Origin: Chitinophagales bacterium
GTDB taxonomy: Bacteria; Bacteroidota; Bacteroidia; Chitinophagales; UBA10324
DNA length: 64,000 nucleotides
Direction of reading: 5' to 3'
NCBI GenBank assembly: GCA_025056305.1
Contig: JANWWJ010000025.1
Span: 57,476-121,475, forward strand
This document shows positions 54,853-64,000 of this stretch, in pieces (the stretch's first letter is position 1; the number at the start of each line of letters is the position of its first letter). Below the pieces are notes generated by a model that was not told where the DNA came from, made no database searches, and was given only the letters and a program-made list of their open reading frames with translations. The translations under genes and the position numbers were made by a program.

Positions 54853-56241
54853 ATGCGTACCAGAGGCCGCTCATCAAGAGTACACGTAATCACTTTGGGA
54901 TGTTCTAAAAATATTGCCGACAGTGAACAACTTTTGGCCCAGTTGCAAGCAAGCCACATTGCAGCAGAATCAGAAGGTGTGCCCGGGCGCAATGACGTGG
55001 TGGTGATCAACACCTGTGGCTTCATCGAACAGGCAAAACAGCAATCCATCAACACCATTTTAGAGTACGCCGAACTGAAAAAACAAAACCGGATCAGGCA
55101 ATTGTTTGTGACCGGTTGTCTCAGCCAACGGTACCGAGATCAACTGCGGCAAGAAGTTCCGGAGGTGGACGGCTGGTTCGGCACGCTTGAACTGCCGTTG
55201 CTGCTACGCCAGTTAGGCGCTCAGTTCCGTGAAGAGTTGCTGGGCGACCATGTGCTGACTACCCCCTCCCACTATGCCTATGTAAAAATTTCTGAAGGTT
55301 GCAATCGGACCTGTTCCTTTTGTGCCATACCCCTCATGCGGGGTCAACATCGGTCTAAGCCGATAGAGCAGGTGGTTCGGGAAGTGCGTACGCTCGTGCA
55401 ACGAGGTGTTAAAGAGGTAATCTTGATTGCACAGGAGCTTACGTATTACGGCCTGGATCTTTACCGCCAGCGAATGTTAGCAGAACTACTGCGTCGGCTG
55501 GCCGATCTTGAGGGCCTGCATTGGCTCAGACTGCACTATGCCTATCCCGCAGCCTTTCCTATGGACGTGCTCGACGTAGTACGCGAACGACCGAACATCT
55601 GTAAATACTTAGACATTCCGATTCAACACATTTCCGATGCGGTGCTCAAACGGATGGGCAGGCAGATTACTGCACGCCAGACTTATGAATTGATAGACAC
55701 CATCCGACAGCGTGTTCCTGGTATTGCCTTACGTACGACCTTGCTGGTGGGCTTTCCCGGCGAATCCAAGTCCGATCACCAGCAGCTGCTTCAGTTTGTT
55801 GAACGAATCCGCTTTGACCGACTCGGTGTGTTTACCTACTCTCATGAAGAGCAGACCAGAGCCTACGCTTTTGCCGATGACGTTCCAGCCCATGTAAAGC
55901 TGAGACGAGCCCAAGAGGTTATGGAGCTGCAGCACGACATCTCAACACAACTCAATGAAGCCAAGGTAGGCCACACCATCCGCGTGTTGCTAGACCGGCG
56001 GCAAGGGTCGTGGTGGATTGGCCGTAGTGAAGCCGACTCGCCGGAGATAGACAATGAAGTATGGGTGGCGGACGCGGCCGGCCTGGCGGCCGGCCGCTTT
56101 GCCGACGTGCGCATCACGGCTGCTGAAGCCTATGACCTGTGGGCCGTGCCCGTGGCAAACGTCGGCAAAGAGCCGGCGCTGCCGGCGTCCGCCACCCGCA
56201 GCCGCAGCACCGTGCACGCAACCTCATCCGATCCGAAGTGA
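54853..56241 (+). CDS. rimO: Ribosomal protein S12 methylthiotransferase RimO
   Basis: UPF0004 N-terminus VHVITLGCSKN, radical-SAM CNRTCSFC and a TRAM C-terminus. The ATG at 54853 is preferred over the track start at 54736. Confidence 0.9.
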   Translation: MRTRGRSSRVHVITLGCSKNIADSEQLLAQLQASHIAAESEGVPGRNDVVVINTCGFIEQAKQQSINTILEYAELKKQNRIRQLFVTGCLSQRYRDQLRQEVPEVDGWFGTLELPLLLRQLGAQFREELLGDHVLTTPSHYAYVKISEGCNRTCSFCAIPLMRGQHRSKPIEQVVREVRTLVQRGVKEVILIAQELTYYGLDLYRQRMLAELLRRLADLEGLHWLRLHYAYPAAFPMDVLDVVRERPNICKYLDIPIQHISDAVLKRMGRQITARQTYELIDTIRQRVPGIALRTTLLVGFPGESKSDHQQLLQFVERIRFDRLGVFTYSHEEQTRAYAFADDVPAHVKLRRAQEVMELQHDISTQLNEAKVGHTIRVLLDRRQGSWWIGRSEADSPEIDNEVWVADAAGLAAGRFADVRITAAEAYDLWAVPVANVGKEPALPASATRSRSTVHATSSDPK

Positions 56242-56810
56242 ACACCCTGCAGCAAATCGATCGCCAGCTGTTCTTCTTTATCAATCATCAGTTGAGCAAT
56301 GCCTTTTTTGATCAGTTAATGCCACTGGTTCGTGACAAATATTTTTGGTTACCGCTCTATGGTGCAGCGCTGGTGTACTTATACTTCCGCCTTCGCCGCC
56401 ATTTATGGGTGTTGCTGCCCTTCGTAGCCTTGACCTTATTGCTTACCGATCAGATGGCTGCTTCCGTCATCAAACCACTCGTTGGTCGTCCGCGGCCCTG
56501 CCACGATGCGCTCCTCAGCTCTGACGTTCATCTGCTGGTGCCTTGTGGCCCGGGCTTTAGCTTCGTTTCGGCGCATGCAGCCAATGCTTTTGGAGTGGCC
56601 TCTTTTCTTTCGTTTGCCATAAGTAGGCTGCCGTTAGGATTTATTCTTTCAGCTCTGCTGTGGGCCACTTCCATCGGCTTCGCCCAGATCTACGTGGGGG
56701 TGCATTATCCCTCTGATGTGCTTGCAGGTGCAGTGTTAGGTTTGATGCTTGGCGCCGCAATGGCTAAGATTTTCAGAATACTCGTGTACCATAAATCATG
56801 GACGTGCTGA
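56238..56810 (+). CDS. PAP2-family phosphatase (undecaprenyl-diphosphatase / lipid phosphatase type)
   Basis: PAP2 motifs KPLVGRPRP, SFVSAHAANAF and VGVHYPSDV. The GTG at 56238 overlaps the rimO stop (GTGA). The track ORF start at 56139 lies inside rimO. Confidence 0.8.
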   Translation: MNTLQQIDRQLFFFINHQLSNAFFDQLMPLVRDKYFWLPLYGAALVYLYFRLRRHLWVLLPFVALTLLLTDQMAASVIKPLVGRPRPCHDALLSSDVHLLVPCGPGFSFVSAHAANAFGVASFLSFAISRLPLGFILSALLWATSIGFAQIYVGVHYPSDVLAGAVLGLMLGAAMAKIFRILVYHKSWTC

Positions 56811-57505
56811 CTTGGCAAAACCTGGTGCTGTTCGTAGCTCCGTTGACCGGTGGGCTTCTGGCTCTGTTGTTTCGGCACCAAGCGGAAAACAACTATGGCG
56901 TAGTACTCAGCTTTAGTGGTGCCTTTTTGTTCACCGCTGTATTGGTGGATTTGTTTCCTCCTCTGTTCCGCAACCTGTCGGAAGCAGGCCTTTACCTTCT
57001 GGCCGGCTTTTTCTTTCAGATCCTGCTGGAACAACTTACTCGCGGGATTGAGCACGGCCACTTTCCCGCCCAAAAAATGAGCTATACGACTGTATCTGCT
57101 TTGATCATAGGGTTGCTCACCCATGCCCTGCTCGATGGCATTCCCTTGGCACACCATGAACTGATGGCTGCCAGTCATCGTCCTATGCTTTATGCCATAA
57201 GCTTACACAAGATTCCCGAGGGCTTTGCTTTAGCTATGGTGTTAACAGCTTCGGGCTTTTGCACTTCCCGTGTATTGGGGTGGATTCTGACTCTGTCCTT
57301 AGCCGCACCATTGGCAGTATTTTTCGGCTCCTCATTAGGTCAATATAGGCCCGACCTGCTGCTGGCTTTTATCGCCTTTGCCGTGGGCTCATTTCTTCAT
57401 GTAACCACCACCGTCCTTTATGAATCAGAACATCCTGCTCACGTAGTACACTGGGGCCGGGTGGCAGCCATTGTGGCGGGCGCAGGCCTGGCATTATTAC
57501 TTTAA
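56798..57505 (+). CDS. ZIP family metal (zinc) transporter
   Basis: Polytopic protein with the HKIPEGFAL signature and His-rich helices. Overlaps the PAP2 gene end by 13 nt. Confidence 0.8.
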   Translation: MDVLTWQNLVLFVAPLTGGLLALLFRHQAENNYGVVLSFSGAFLFTAVLVDLFPPLFRNLSEAGLYLLAGFFFQILLEQLTRGIEHGHFPAQKMSYTTVSALIIGLLTHALLDGIPLAHHELMAASHRPMLYAISLHKIPEGFALAMVLTASGFCTSRVLGWILTLSLAAPLAVFFGSSLGQYRPDLLLAFIAFAVGSFLHVTTTVLYESEHPAHVVHWGRVAAIVAGAGLALLL

Positions 57506-57518
57506 AAAAAACAGCATC

Positions 57519-58307
57519 ATGGATTTCAAGCACATTGTTGTTGAGCATCAGGGTACCGAAGCAGTTGCCCTGATTCGCTTAAATCGCCCCAAACAGCTCA
57601 ATGCGCTCAATCTCGAGTTGATGGATGAATTGGCCGCAGCGTTACATGAGTTGGATAACAACGCTCATGTACGCGTGATGGTCCTTACCGGCAACGATCA
57701 GGCTTTTGCTGCTGGCGCTGACGTCACTGAAATGGTAAATGCCACAGCCTTAGAGATGGATCTGCAAAATCGTTTCGCTGCCTGGAACCGGATTTCGTCG
57801 GTTCGTAAACCCATTATAGCTGCGGTCTCGGGTTACGTGCTTGGAGGAGGGTGTGAGCTGATGCTGTCCTGCGACATGGTCGTCGCCAGTGAAACCGTTC
57901 GGATAGGTCAGCCGGAAATAAAATTAGGCGTGATGCCCGGTGCAGGAGGCACGCAAAGGCTTACACGGGCCATCGGAAAAGCACTGGCTATGGAACTGAT
58001 CCTAACCGGCCGCATGATGACAGCCGATGAAGCATTACGCTTAGGCCTGTTGAATCGGGTGGTGCCAGTAGAGTGTTACTTGGACGAAGCAATGCGGCTG
58101 GCCAAACAGGTCGCTGAATTTTCACCAATAGCGCTGATGTTAGCCAAACAAGCTGTCAATCATGCTTTTAACAGCTTTTTAGACGAAGGTCTGTTGTTCG
58201 AGCGCAAAAACTTTAGTCTTTGTTTTACAGGCCCCGACCAAAAAGAAGGGATGCAAGCGTTTTTGGAAAAAAGACCACCTCGGTTCAACACTCCTGCAAC
58301 TGAGTAG
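57519..58307 (+). CDS. Enoyl-CoA hydratase (crotonase family)
   Basis: LNRPKQLNAL, AAVSGYVLGGGCELML and the catalytic Glu context. The ATG at 57519 (MDFKHIVVE) is preferred. Confidence 0.88.
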   Translation: MDFKHIVVEHQGTEAVALIRLNRPKQLNALNLELMDELAAALHELDNNAHVRVMVLTGNDQAFAAGADVTEMVNATALEMDLQNRFAAWNRISSVRKPIIAAVSGYVLGGGCELMLSCDMVVASETVRIGQPEIKLGVMPGAGGTQRLTRAIGKALAMELILTGRMMTADEALRLGLLNRVVPVECYLDEAMRLAKQVAEFSPIALMLAKQAVNHAFNSFLDEGLLFERKNFSLCFTGPDQKEGMQAFLEKRPPRFNTPATE

Positions 58308-58310
58308 CCT

Positions 58311-59423
58311 TTAAGGTACCCATTCGGCAATGAAAATGTTTGTAGAGCGGGCGTCGGCACTGTGCCGGTTAGAGCACCAGACCAGGTATTTTCCGTCGTA
58401 AGAAAACATAGGAAACGAGTCAAACGAGCCGGAGAAAGTAACTTGCTCTAAGTTGTTGCCGTTCAAGTCAATCAAAAACAAATCGAAGGGGAACCCTCGC
58501 TTGTAACGGTGATTTGAGGAAAACAGTATTTTTTTTCCATCGGGAGTAAACACCGGGGCCCAGTTGGCTCCACCCAAGTGTGTCACCTGGCGCGCATTAC
58601 TGCCATCAGCATGAGCAACCCAGATCTCCATCTGAGTCGGAGCCACTAGGCCTTGCTTCAACAATCTTCGATAAGAGTTTTTTTCCTCCATCTTTTTGGG
58701 CCGCGATGCCCGCCACACAATCATGCTTCCATCCGGAGAAAACCACGCCCCCCCATCGTAACCTAATGCATGCGTTAAACGCCGTACATCGCTTCCGTCC
58801 AGCTTCATGGAATACAATTCCAGATCTCCATCCCGATTCGAGGTAAATACGATGCGGTCACCGCGGGGCGAAACTGTGGCCTCCGCATCATAATAGCTGT
58901 TTCGGGTTAGTTGCCGAACAATGTGCCCGTTTAAATCGGCTACGAAAATTTCGTAGGAGTTGTAAATAGGCCAAACGTACTTGCCGATCTTTTCTCGATC
59001 GGGAACAGCCGGACAGGTATCGGCCTCCAGGTGCGTTGAGGAATACAGCAGCAAGGTATCGCCCGGCAAAAAAAAGGCACAGGTGGTGCGTCCTTTTCCC
59101 GTGCTCACCATACGATAACGAAACCGAGAAGTATCACCCTGCAATAAAGGGCGCACGGCCCCAACAAAAATTTGATCGCACCGTATCTGCCGATGGTCCG
59201 TACGCTGAAATACCAACTTAGAATTGTCAAAACTCCAATAAGCCTCGGCATTGTCTCCTTCAAACGTAAGCTGCCGCGCATTTTTTAAATGACGCTCTTC
59301 AGGAAAAAGCAAGGCAACGCTATCGGTTGGCTGCACTGCCCGCTGCGTGTCCGACTCCGGTTGCCGACACGAAGCAAATCCCAGGCCCAACAACACCACG
59401 AAGCAAGCGTTGCCCAGCTTCAT
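58311..59423 (-). CDS. TolB-like PD40 (WD40-like) beta-propeller lipoprotein
   Basis: Lipoprotein signal MKLGNACFVVLLGLGFASC from the ATG at 59423; alternative ATGs lie at 59438 and 59468. PD40-type repeats (SPRGDRIVFTSNRDGDLELY, FSPDGSMIVW, FTPDGKKILFSSN, FSYDGKYLVW). Confidence 0.75.
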   Translation of the reverse strand: MKLGNACFVVLLGLGFASCRQPESDTQRAVQPTDSVALLFPEERHLKNARQLTFEGDNAEAYWSFDNSKLVFQRTDHRQIRCDQIFVGAVRPLLQGDTSRFRYRMVSTGKGRTTCAFFLPGDTLLLYSSTHLEADTCPAVPDREKIGKYVWPIYNSYEIFVADLNGHIVRQLTRNSYYDAEATVSPRGDRIVFTSNRDGDLELYSMKLDGSDVRRLTHALGYDGGAWFSPDGSMIVWRASRPKKMEEKNSYRRLLKQGLVAPTQMEIWVAHADGSNARQVTHLGGANWAPVFTPDGKKILFSSNHRYKRGFPFDLFLIDLNGNNLEQVTFSGSFDSFPMFSYDGKYLVWCSNRHSADARSTNIFIAEWVP

Positions 59424-59683
59424 TTTTATAGAAAACATCTTAATATTTTGTAAGCAGCAAAAATACATGAGTGCAGCACAACCCCTATCGAACTAATTCG
59501 ACACCCAAACGACAAGGTGAATTTTTACATTGCGTTTACAGTTCATAATCCCGCATACCAAGCCATTGCAACTGATGCGTTGGGCATTCCTGCTACCAGT
59601 CCCTAGGTAAGGCATACAACCCATCTACCCTTGTCTTGTTTTGCTCTTGATTAAAAAACTTGTACATTTCAATGCACATTCCG

Positions 59684-60397
59684 ATGCCCAAACAGGTAGA
59701 AGTGATTCCTGCTGCCAGCCGGGGCCACCGCAACTTCGGATGGCTTCAGGCACATTACAGCTTCAGCTTTGGTGAATACTTTGATCCACAGCGACTGCAT
59801 TTCGGTGCCCTGCATGTCCTCAACGACGACACCATTGCTCCGGGCACCGGCTTTGGCATGCATCCGCATCGCAATATGGAAATCATTACCATACCCCTCG
59901 AGGGGCACTTGCTGCACCGCGACAGCATGGGTCATCAAGCAGTAATCAGTGCCGGTCAGGTTCAGGTTATGAGCGCAGGAACCGGTATTTTTCACAGTGA
60001 GTACAATGCCAGCAATGAACACCCCTTGAAATTGCTGCAGATCTGGATCGTGCCACAACATCTTCAGGTGGCTCCCCGTTACGACATGACTTCCCTTCCC
60101 CACCTCAAAGATCAGTGGATCACCATTGTGGGTCCTCAGCACAACGGCGGTTTGCTGTGGATTCATCAGCAAGCCTGGTTATCGTTGGCGACATTGAATG
60201 CCGGCACTTCACTAACCTACTCCTTGCATCAGCCGGATTATGGTATGTACCTTTTTCTCATCGATGGCAAGACTGACGTCTTGCAGTTCTCTTTAAATCC
60301 CCGCGATGCTCTGAAATGCAAGCAGACGACTGAACTATCGGTGCTTGCTAAAGAACCGAGCCGCCTGCTCCTTATTGAAGTTCCCCTGATGGAATAG
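59684..60397 (+). CDS. Pirin family protein
   Basis: Cupin metal-binding motif HPHRNMEIITIPLEG and an N-terminal RG..NFGWLQAHYSFSF. The start is ambiguous: ATG at 59672 or 59684, TTG at 59660. Confidence 0.88.
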   Translation: MPKQVEVIPAASRGHRNFGWLQAHYSFSFGEYFDPQRLHFGALHVLNDDTIAPGTGFGMHPHRNMEIITIPLEGHLLHRDSMGHQAVISAGQVQVMSAGTGIFHSEYNASNEHPLKLLQIWIVPQHLQVAPRYDMTSLPHLKDQWITIVGPQHNGGLLWIHQQAWLSLATLNAGTSLTYSLHQPDYGMYLFLIDGKTDVLQFSLNPRDALKCKQTTELSVLAKEPSRLLLIEVPLME

Positions 60398-60435
60398 GCA
60401 CCTGATTCAAGAAGGCAGCACGTTAGTTTTGCCTC

Positions 60436-61494
60436 ATGAATCGATACCTGCTGTGCGCCTTCCTGTGGGGGATTGCCGCAACCGGCTGCAGGCATCAAAA
60501 GGAAGAAAATCCCGCACCAGCAATCGACACTGCCGTTCAAACATTCCAAATCCCTGAAATAGATCGGCTCACACAACTGATCAAAAAAGATCCTAATAAT
60601 CCCAATTTGTACTATCAACGTCATTTCGCCTTCATCCAACACAACGACCTAAAGCGGGCTTTCAGCGACCTGAGCATGGCATTGGCGCTCGATTCCGCTA
60701 ACTTGAGCTATTACGATGCGATGGCGGAACTGGCACTCAGATCTGGAGCTGCCCAGGCAGCGGTTAAAGCATATCAACAGTTGCTGCAAAGAAATCCCAA
60801 TCATTTAGAAGCCATCATCAAATTGAGTAAAGTCTTTTACCTACAAAAAGATTACACCAATTCCCTGCTGCAGCTTTCTCGTGCCGAGGCATTAGATCGT
60901 TCCAATGCCGAGATCTGGTTTATCCGTGGTCTTAATCTGAAAGAAATGAAAGACACCGTACGCGCCATCGCCGCTTTTCAAAAAGCCGTTGTGCTCAAAC
61001 CCGAGTTTTACGACGCCTATATCCAATTGGGACTATTGCACAGCAACCGGCCAAGCAGTCTGGCCGCCCAGTATTACGATAATGCCATTCGACTGGACAG
61101 CACCAGTGTGGAAGCTTATTACAACAAAGGAAAATTTTTTCAGGACCGCGGCCTGAGAGCTTTTGACCAGCGTAACTATCAGCAGGCTCATCAAGATTTT
61201 GAACTGGCCAAAGCGGTGTATCGAGAACTTATAACCAAAAATCCGCAATATGAGCTGGCTTACTTTAACATGGGTTTTATTTATGCAAAACAAGACTCAC
61301 TGGACAAGGCGCATCGGATGTTTGATCTTGCCGTAAAGATGAATCCCGCCTACGCCGAAGCTTATTATTATCGCGGGCTTATGGCCCTGCAAAAGGGCGA
61401 TGTGCAGCAAGCACAGGCCGACTTTCGCCAATGCCTGAGTTTGAAACCGGATTTCAAAAAAGCTGCTGACGAGCTCAAGCAAATGCCGCAGTGA
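60436..61494 (+). CDS. TPR-repeat lipoprotein
   Basis: Lipoprotein signal MNRYLLCAFLWGIAATGC and multiple TPR repeats (e.g. AEAYYYRGLMALQKGDVQQAQADFRQCLSLKPD). Confidence 0.8.
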   Translation: MNRYLLCAFLWGIAATGCRHQKEENPAPAIDTAVQTFQIPEIDRLTQLIKKDPNNPNLYYQRHFAFIQHNDLKRAFSDLSMALALDSANLSYYDAMAELALRSGAAQAAVKAYQQLLQRNPNHLEAIIKLSKVFYLQKDYTNSLLQLSRAEALDRSNAEIWFIRGLNLKEMKDTVRAIAAFQKAVVLKPEFYDAYIQLGLLHSNRPSSLAAQYYDNAIRLDSTSVEAYYNKGKFFQDRGLRAFDQRNYQQAHQDFELAKAVYRELITKNPQYELAYFNMGFIYAKQDSLDKAHRMFDLAVKMNPAYAEAYYYRGLMALQKGDVQQAQADFRQCLSLKPDFKKAADELKQMPQ

Positions 61495-61498
61495 GCGG

Positions 61499-62077
61499 CT
61501 ACATCGATTCAGCGACCACCTCTTTAACTTCTGGTACCATCCGCTTCAAGAGCCCTTCAATACCGGCCTTGAGCGTGATCATACTCGAGGGGCATCCGCT
61601 GCATGAACCTTGCAGCATCAGTTCCAGCCGCCCATCGCGATAACTCTTAAATTCAATGGCACCCCCATCCATTTCTACGGCCGGCTTCACATATTGTTCG
61701 AGCATTTCTTTGATCTTGGCCACTACGGCATCCTCATCGGCCCCATGGGCCTCGGCCGGCTTGTAATCAGGATCAATGACGGTTTTTCCTTCTTCTAAAA
61801 AATCTTTGATGAACTGCCGCAAGCTTCCGGAAATTTCCAACCAGTTGGCATCAGGCGTCTTGGTCACCGTTACAAAATTGTTCATGATAAATACACTCTT
61901 GACGAACGGAAAGCCAAAAAGCTCGGTAGCCAGCGGCGAAACCTTGGCCGACTCTTCATCCGGAAAATCTGCCGACCGTCCGGGGAACAAAGGAATGTCG
62001 GCGACAAATTTCATCGTCTCGGGATTGGGTGTCATTTCGGTGTAAACTTCGACGACCCGCTTTGCTTGCTTTTCCAT
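61499..62077 (-). CDS. NifU family Fe-S cluster scaffold/carrier (Nfu_N plus NifU C-terminal domain)
   Basis: N-terminal TPNPETMKF and C-terminal LQGSCSGCPSS. Confidence 0.88.
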   Translation of the reverse strand: MEKQAKRVVEVYTEMTPNPETMKFVADIPLFPGRSADFPDEESAKVSPLATELFGFPFVKSVFIMNNFVTVTKTPDANWLEISGSLRQFIKDFLEEGKTVIDPDYKPAEAHGADEDAVVAKIKEMLEQYVKPAVEMDGGAIEFKSYRDGRLELMLQGSCSGCPSSMITLKAGIEGLLKRMVPEVKEVVAESM

Positions 62078-62157
62078 AATTCGCGTTCCGACGCAAAGTT
62101 AACGCATAACCTCACCACGCACCGCATTTAACCTTTGGGTATGCTTATCTTGGAGAA

Positions 62158-63276
62158 ATGAAACACACTTCTGCCCCTTCGGTGCTGCATCCTCAATCGC
62201 GAAAAAAGAGAGGCAGACCTCCCGGATCTCTGATCTACGTCGGCAAGCTTCGGCAGCGCCCCATTGCTTTAAACGTGATTGCTTACAACCAAGATCAAAT
62301 ACAAAAAACCGTAATCCACTCCCTCGACGAACTCTCAAACATCAGTACGGAGGGGCATAACCTTTGGCTCAATACCGATGGAATTCACGACCCTGCGATC
62401 ATTGAAGCCATAGGGAAAAAATTTAATATCTATCCCCTCGTATTAGAAGACATCCTCAACACCAATAGCCGTCCTAAAGTGGACGATTACGACGAATACA
62501 GCTTCATCATCCTCAAGATGCTGTCGCTGCCTTCGCAAGCCTCTGCGGGAAATCAGGCAGCTCAGTCATGGCAAGCCTCTGATTTAAAAGTGGAACAGAT
62601 CAGCATGGTGCTGGGCCGCAATTTCCTGCTCACCTTTCAGGAAGATGAATACGATCTATTTGACGGCATACGATCCCGATTAGATCATGCCGACAGCCGC
62701 CTGCGCAAACGATCCATAGACTTTCTGGCCTACAGCCTTATTGACCGCATAGTGGATGAATATTTCGTGGTGCTAGAAGATATCGGAGAACGTATCGAAA
62801 ACCTCGAAGACCAACTCACCCGACTACACAATGCCCACTTTGTCACCACCCACAGTGCGCTGAAGCGACAGACGCTGTTGCTGCGACGTGCCGTCTGGCC
62901 CTTGCGAGAGGTGGTAAGCGCCTTACTGCGCAACGAACGCCAGCTCATACGCCCTGAAACATTGCCTTATCTGCGCGATGTGTATGACCACATCATTCAG
63001 GTCATTGATGTGGTAGAACTTTACCGCGATTTGCTGGGTGACCTGAAAGACGTGTACCTGTCCTCCTTGAGCTTACATCTGAATCAGGTCATGAAGGTGT
63101 TGACGATCATCGCCACCTTATTTATTCCCCTGACCTTTATCGTTGGAGTCTATGGAATGAACTTTCGTTACATGCCCGAATTGGAATGGCGCTACGGCTA
63201 TCTAATTGTTTGGCTGGTGATCATTGCCGTAGCTACGTCTTTATTATGGTATTTCCGCAAAATGAGATGGATCTGA
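62158..63276 (+). CDS. corA: Magnesium/cobalt transporter CorA
   Basis: C-terminal two-TM region with YGMNF (the GMN motif); 372 aa. Confidence 0.92.
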   Translation: MKHTSAPSVLHPQSRKKRGRPPGSLIYVGKLRQRPIALNVIAYNQDQIQKTVIHSLDELSNISTEGHNLWLNTDGIHDPAIIEAIGKKFNIYPLVLEDILNTNSRPKVDDYDEYSFIILKMLSLPSQASAGNQAAQSWQASDLKVEQISMVLGRNFLLTFQEDEYDLFDGIRSRLDHADSRLRKRSIDFLAYSLIDRIVDEYFVVLEDIGERIENLEDQLTRLHNAHFVTTHSALKRQTLLLRRAVWPLREVVSALLRNERQLIRPETLPYLRDVYDHIIQVIDVVELYRDLLGDLKDVYLSSLSLHLNQVMKVLTIIATLFIPLTFIVGVYGMNFRYMPELEWRYGYLIVWLVIIAVATSLLWYFRKMRWI

Positions 63277-63756
63277 GGTGTCGGTTACAAGCTGCTCCAC
63301 TTCGGCCCACACCAGCTCGGCCTCAAACCCTTTGCCGATCAGATAGACTGCGAGTTTTTGCTTCTTTTGTTCTGCACTCCCTTTGAGCGCTCTGAGTTTT
63401 TTTAGCGCTTGCTGCCGCAACACAGCCAGATATTCTTGGGCGTCAATATTTCCTAAGGCAGCTTGAATGACTGCTGCAGGAATGCCTTTTTCGTGAAGCA
63501 GCTCTGAAATCTTTAGCTTTCCCCAACCTCTCAAATAGAGTTTTCCGTAGATAACCGATTCTATATACCGGCGGTCGTTGAGGTAGCCTTCTTCCCTTAG
63601 TCGGCTGACTATTCTTTGCGCCTGCTGACCGGTGCATCCTAACGACGCCAGTCGTGCCAGCACCTCATGAGCTGTGCGTTCCTGCGAAGCACAATATCGG
63701 CGCATCCGTTCCAGCCAAGCAAGCCATTCCTGCTTTTTGCCGGTAGGTGTGGCCAT
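63244..63756 (-). CDS. recX: Regulatory protein RecX
   Basis: 170-aa all-helical repeat protein (..RYCASQERTAHEV..., YLNDRRYIESVI, QEYLAVLRQQALKK). Its 3' end overlaps the corA 3' end by 33 nt (convergent). Confidence 0.7.
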   Translation of the reverse strand: MATPTGKKQEWLAWLERMRRYCASQERTAHEVLARLASLGCTGQQAQRIVSRLREEGYLNDRRYIESVIYGKLYLRGWGKLKISELLHEKGIPAAVIQAALGNIDAQEYLAVLRQQALKKLRALKGSAEQKKQKLAVYLIGKGFEAELVWAEVEQLVTDTSDPSHFAEIP

Positions 63757-63771
63757 AGCAGGTGGATATGC

Positions 63772-64000
63772 TTAGTTGATGATTAACAGACGAGCGGTGC
63801 AGGTGCCGGTGCCGTCGGGCTCGGCGGTCAAAACATAATATACGCCAGTGCGCACACGTCTGCCGTTCAGTCCTTTGCCATCCCAAATGACTTGACTTCC
63901 CAATGCCCGCGTCTGATATACCAAATTGCCTACAGCATCAGTGATCCGAACTTCGGCATTGTCACCCACACCAGAAATGGCAATGGGTCCTTCGTAATTT
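63772..64000 (-). CDS. Partial CDS (C-terminus only): protein with a type-B T9SS / gliding-motility-associated C-terminal domain
   Basis: C-terminal ...NYEGPIAISGVGDNAEVRITDAVGNLVYQTRALGSQVIWDGKGLNGRRVRTGVYYVLTAEPDGTGTCTARLLIIN matches the CHU_C/TIGR04131-like pattern (WDG..G..V..GVYYY...G.V.LI). The ORF continues upstream beyond the window. Confidence 0.65.
   Translation of the reverse strand, partial: NYEGPIAISGVGDNAEVRITDAVGNLVYQTRALGSQVIWDGKGLNGRRVRTGVYYVLTAEPDGTGTCTARLLIIN

Noticed and set aside
59469-59659. 190-nt intergenic region upstream of the pirin gene, examined for an sRNA, tRNA or riboswitch
   Set aside because: It shows no convincing stem-loops, no tRNA-like T-arm or anticodon features, and no conserved riboswitch motifs. 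It is probably just divergent promoter space.
62078-62157. Mg2+ (M-box) riboswitch upstream of corA
   Set aside because: The leader is only 80 nt, about half the length of an M-box, and lacks its characteristic helices.

Overview
This 64-kb segment reads as a Bacteroidota chromosome. The evidence is seven complete ORFs with type-A T9SS C-terminal sorting domains, one partial ORF with a type-B gliding-type CTD, DUF4292/DUF4293-type genes, a split transketolase, and TAnnTTTG -7 boxes. I cannot assign a genus without a database search. I can support about 50 protein-coding genes at high coding density. Many are housekeeping genes: dut, split tkt, tatA, hflX, purH, mreBCD, recA, rimO, corA, recX, a thiolase, an enoyl-CoA hydratase, a cysteine desulfurase and NifU. 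I saw no rRNA or tRNA genes, no CRISPR array, and no transposase, integrase or phage genes. I saw no recognisable defence-system core. About one third of the window (roughly 21 kb) encodes large secreted T9SS cargo proteins, including two tandem paralogue pairs. The ORF track marks TTG/GTG starts as M, so I re-derived several start codons by hand; this removes most of the apparent gene overlaps. I did not find one unambiguous new system. The three candidates most worth follow-up are these. (1) Two paralogous secreted VWA-domain proteins sit between the N- and C-terminal transketolase subunit genes with overlapping stop/start codons (5989-10683). (2) A small secreted alpha/beta-hydrolase gene sits between mreB and mreC (37550-40566). 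(3) A tandem pair of colinear giant T9SS cargo genes differs by a two-module internal duplication and is preceded by a small secreted protein gene (40678-49354). All family assignments come from motif recognition by eye, not from searches.
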